Below, piece by piece: positions 55,033-55,351 of a stretch of DNA of 55,351 nucleotides; the stretch's first letter is position 1; each line of letters starts with the position of its first letter. Source of the DNA: Candidatus Bipolaricaulota bacterium (GTDB taxonomy: Bacteria > Bipolaricaulota > Bipolaricaulia > Bipolaricaulales > Bipolaricaulaceae). The stretch is from positions 1 to 55,351 of the forward strand of contig CALKCH010000016.1 in NCBI GenBank assembly GCA_938083225.1, read 5' to 3'. A program made the translations under genes and the position numbers. Below the pieces are notes generated by a model. That model was not told the DNA's origin, made no database searches, and was given only the letters and a program-made list of their open reading frames with translations.

Positions 55033-55351
55033 GCTTGCCCCGCGGGTTTATTGGGTGGGAGCAAAAGACTGGGCCCGGCGGGTGTTCGACGCTTTGATTC
55101 CGCTTCCTCAGGGCACCTCGTACAACGCTTACCTGGTGGTGGGCGAGAAGGCCACGGCCCTCATCGAAACGGTCAACCCCGGCTTTGAGGAGGATCTTTG
55201 GCAAAAGATCACGGCGATCCTGGACCCCCAAAAGCTCGATTACGTGGTCATGAACCACGCTGAGCCCGATCATGCCGGAGCCATCCCTTGGATCCTGGAC
55301 CGCGTTCCCCAGGCCAAGGTCCTCCTCACCGAAAAGGGCAAGGACATGGCC
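55026..55351 (+). CDS. flavodiiron protein (FprA-type O2/NO reductase), 3' end beyond window
   Basis: ATG 55026 follows GAAGGAGGG. The frame is open to the window end: MGLTYELAPRVYWVGAKDWARRVFDALIPLPQGTSYNAYLVVGEKATALIETV...VMNHAEPDHAG. The last segment is the metallo-beta-lactamase-like diiron motif HxExDH. This ORF is absent from the track because it has no stop in the window. Confidence 0.8.

Overview
Densely packed, high-G+C bacterial chromosomal segment. Hand-counted backbone lines give about 42-44 G+C per 60 nt. The protein composition looks thermophile-like, and I cannot assign a phylum from this window. I support about 55 protein genes, 3 tRNAs (Pro-GGG, Arg-CCU, Ser-GGA), a large Alu-domain-type SRP RNA that abuts tRNA-Ser, and a TPP riboswitch in front of a thiamine salvage operon (thiN-thiBPQ). 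Housekeeping content includes malic enzyme, rsmA, xth, rlmN, sufCBSU, gatB, tdk, ppa, aspS and a PiT phosphate transporter. Many genes are coupled by ATGA/GTGA/TTGA stop-start overlaps. Five regions deserve a second look. (1) A conspicuously low-G+C two-gene island (about 4.5-9.35 kb) encodes a 1119-aa multidomain secreted muramidase-like protein ending in a T9SS/FlgD-Ig-type C-terminal sorting domain, immediately followed by a PorV/PorQ-like beta-barrel. (2) An ~0.8-kb gene-free interval between the convergent genes blc and xth (14610-15414) has hairpins and degenerate ~60-nt repeats that I could not match to any RNA family I know. (3) A 9-kb neighbourhood (29.5-38.8 kb) combines two secreted SNase-like proteins, a purple-acid-phosphatase-like esterase, two ABC importers and thymidine kinase, which suggests extracellular nucleic-acid scavenging. 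(4) A Zincin_1-HEPN fusion is overlap-coupled to a macrodomain gene. (5) A DUF4129/MoxR/DUF58 module appears co-transcribed with aspS. I saw no CRISPR array, rRNA, transposase or integrase. Many long antisense ORFs in the track are high-G+C artefacts.
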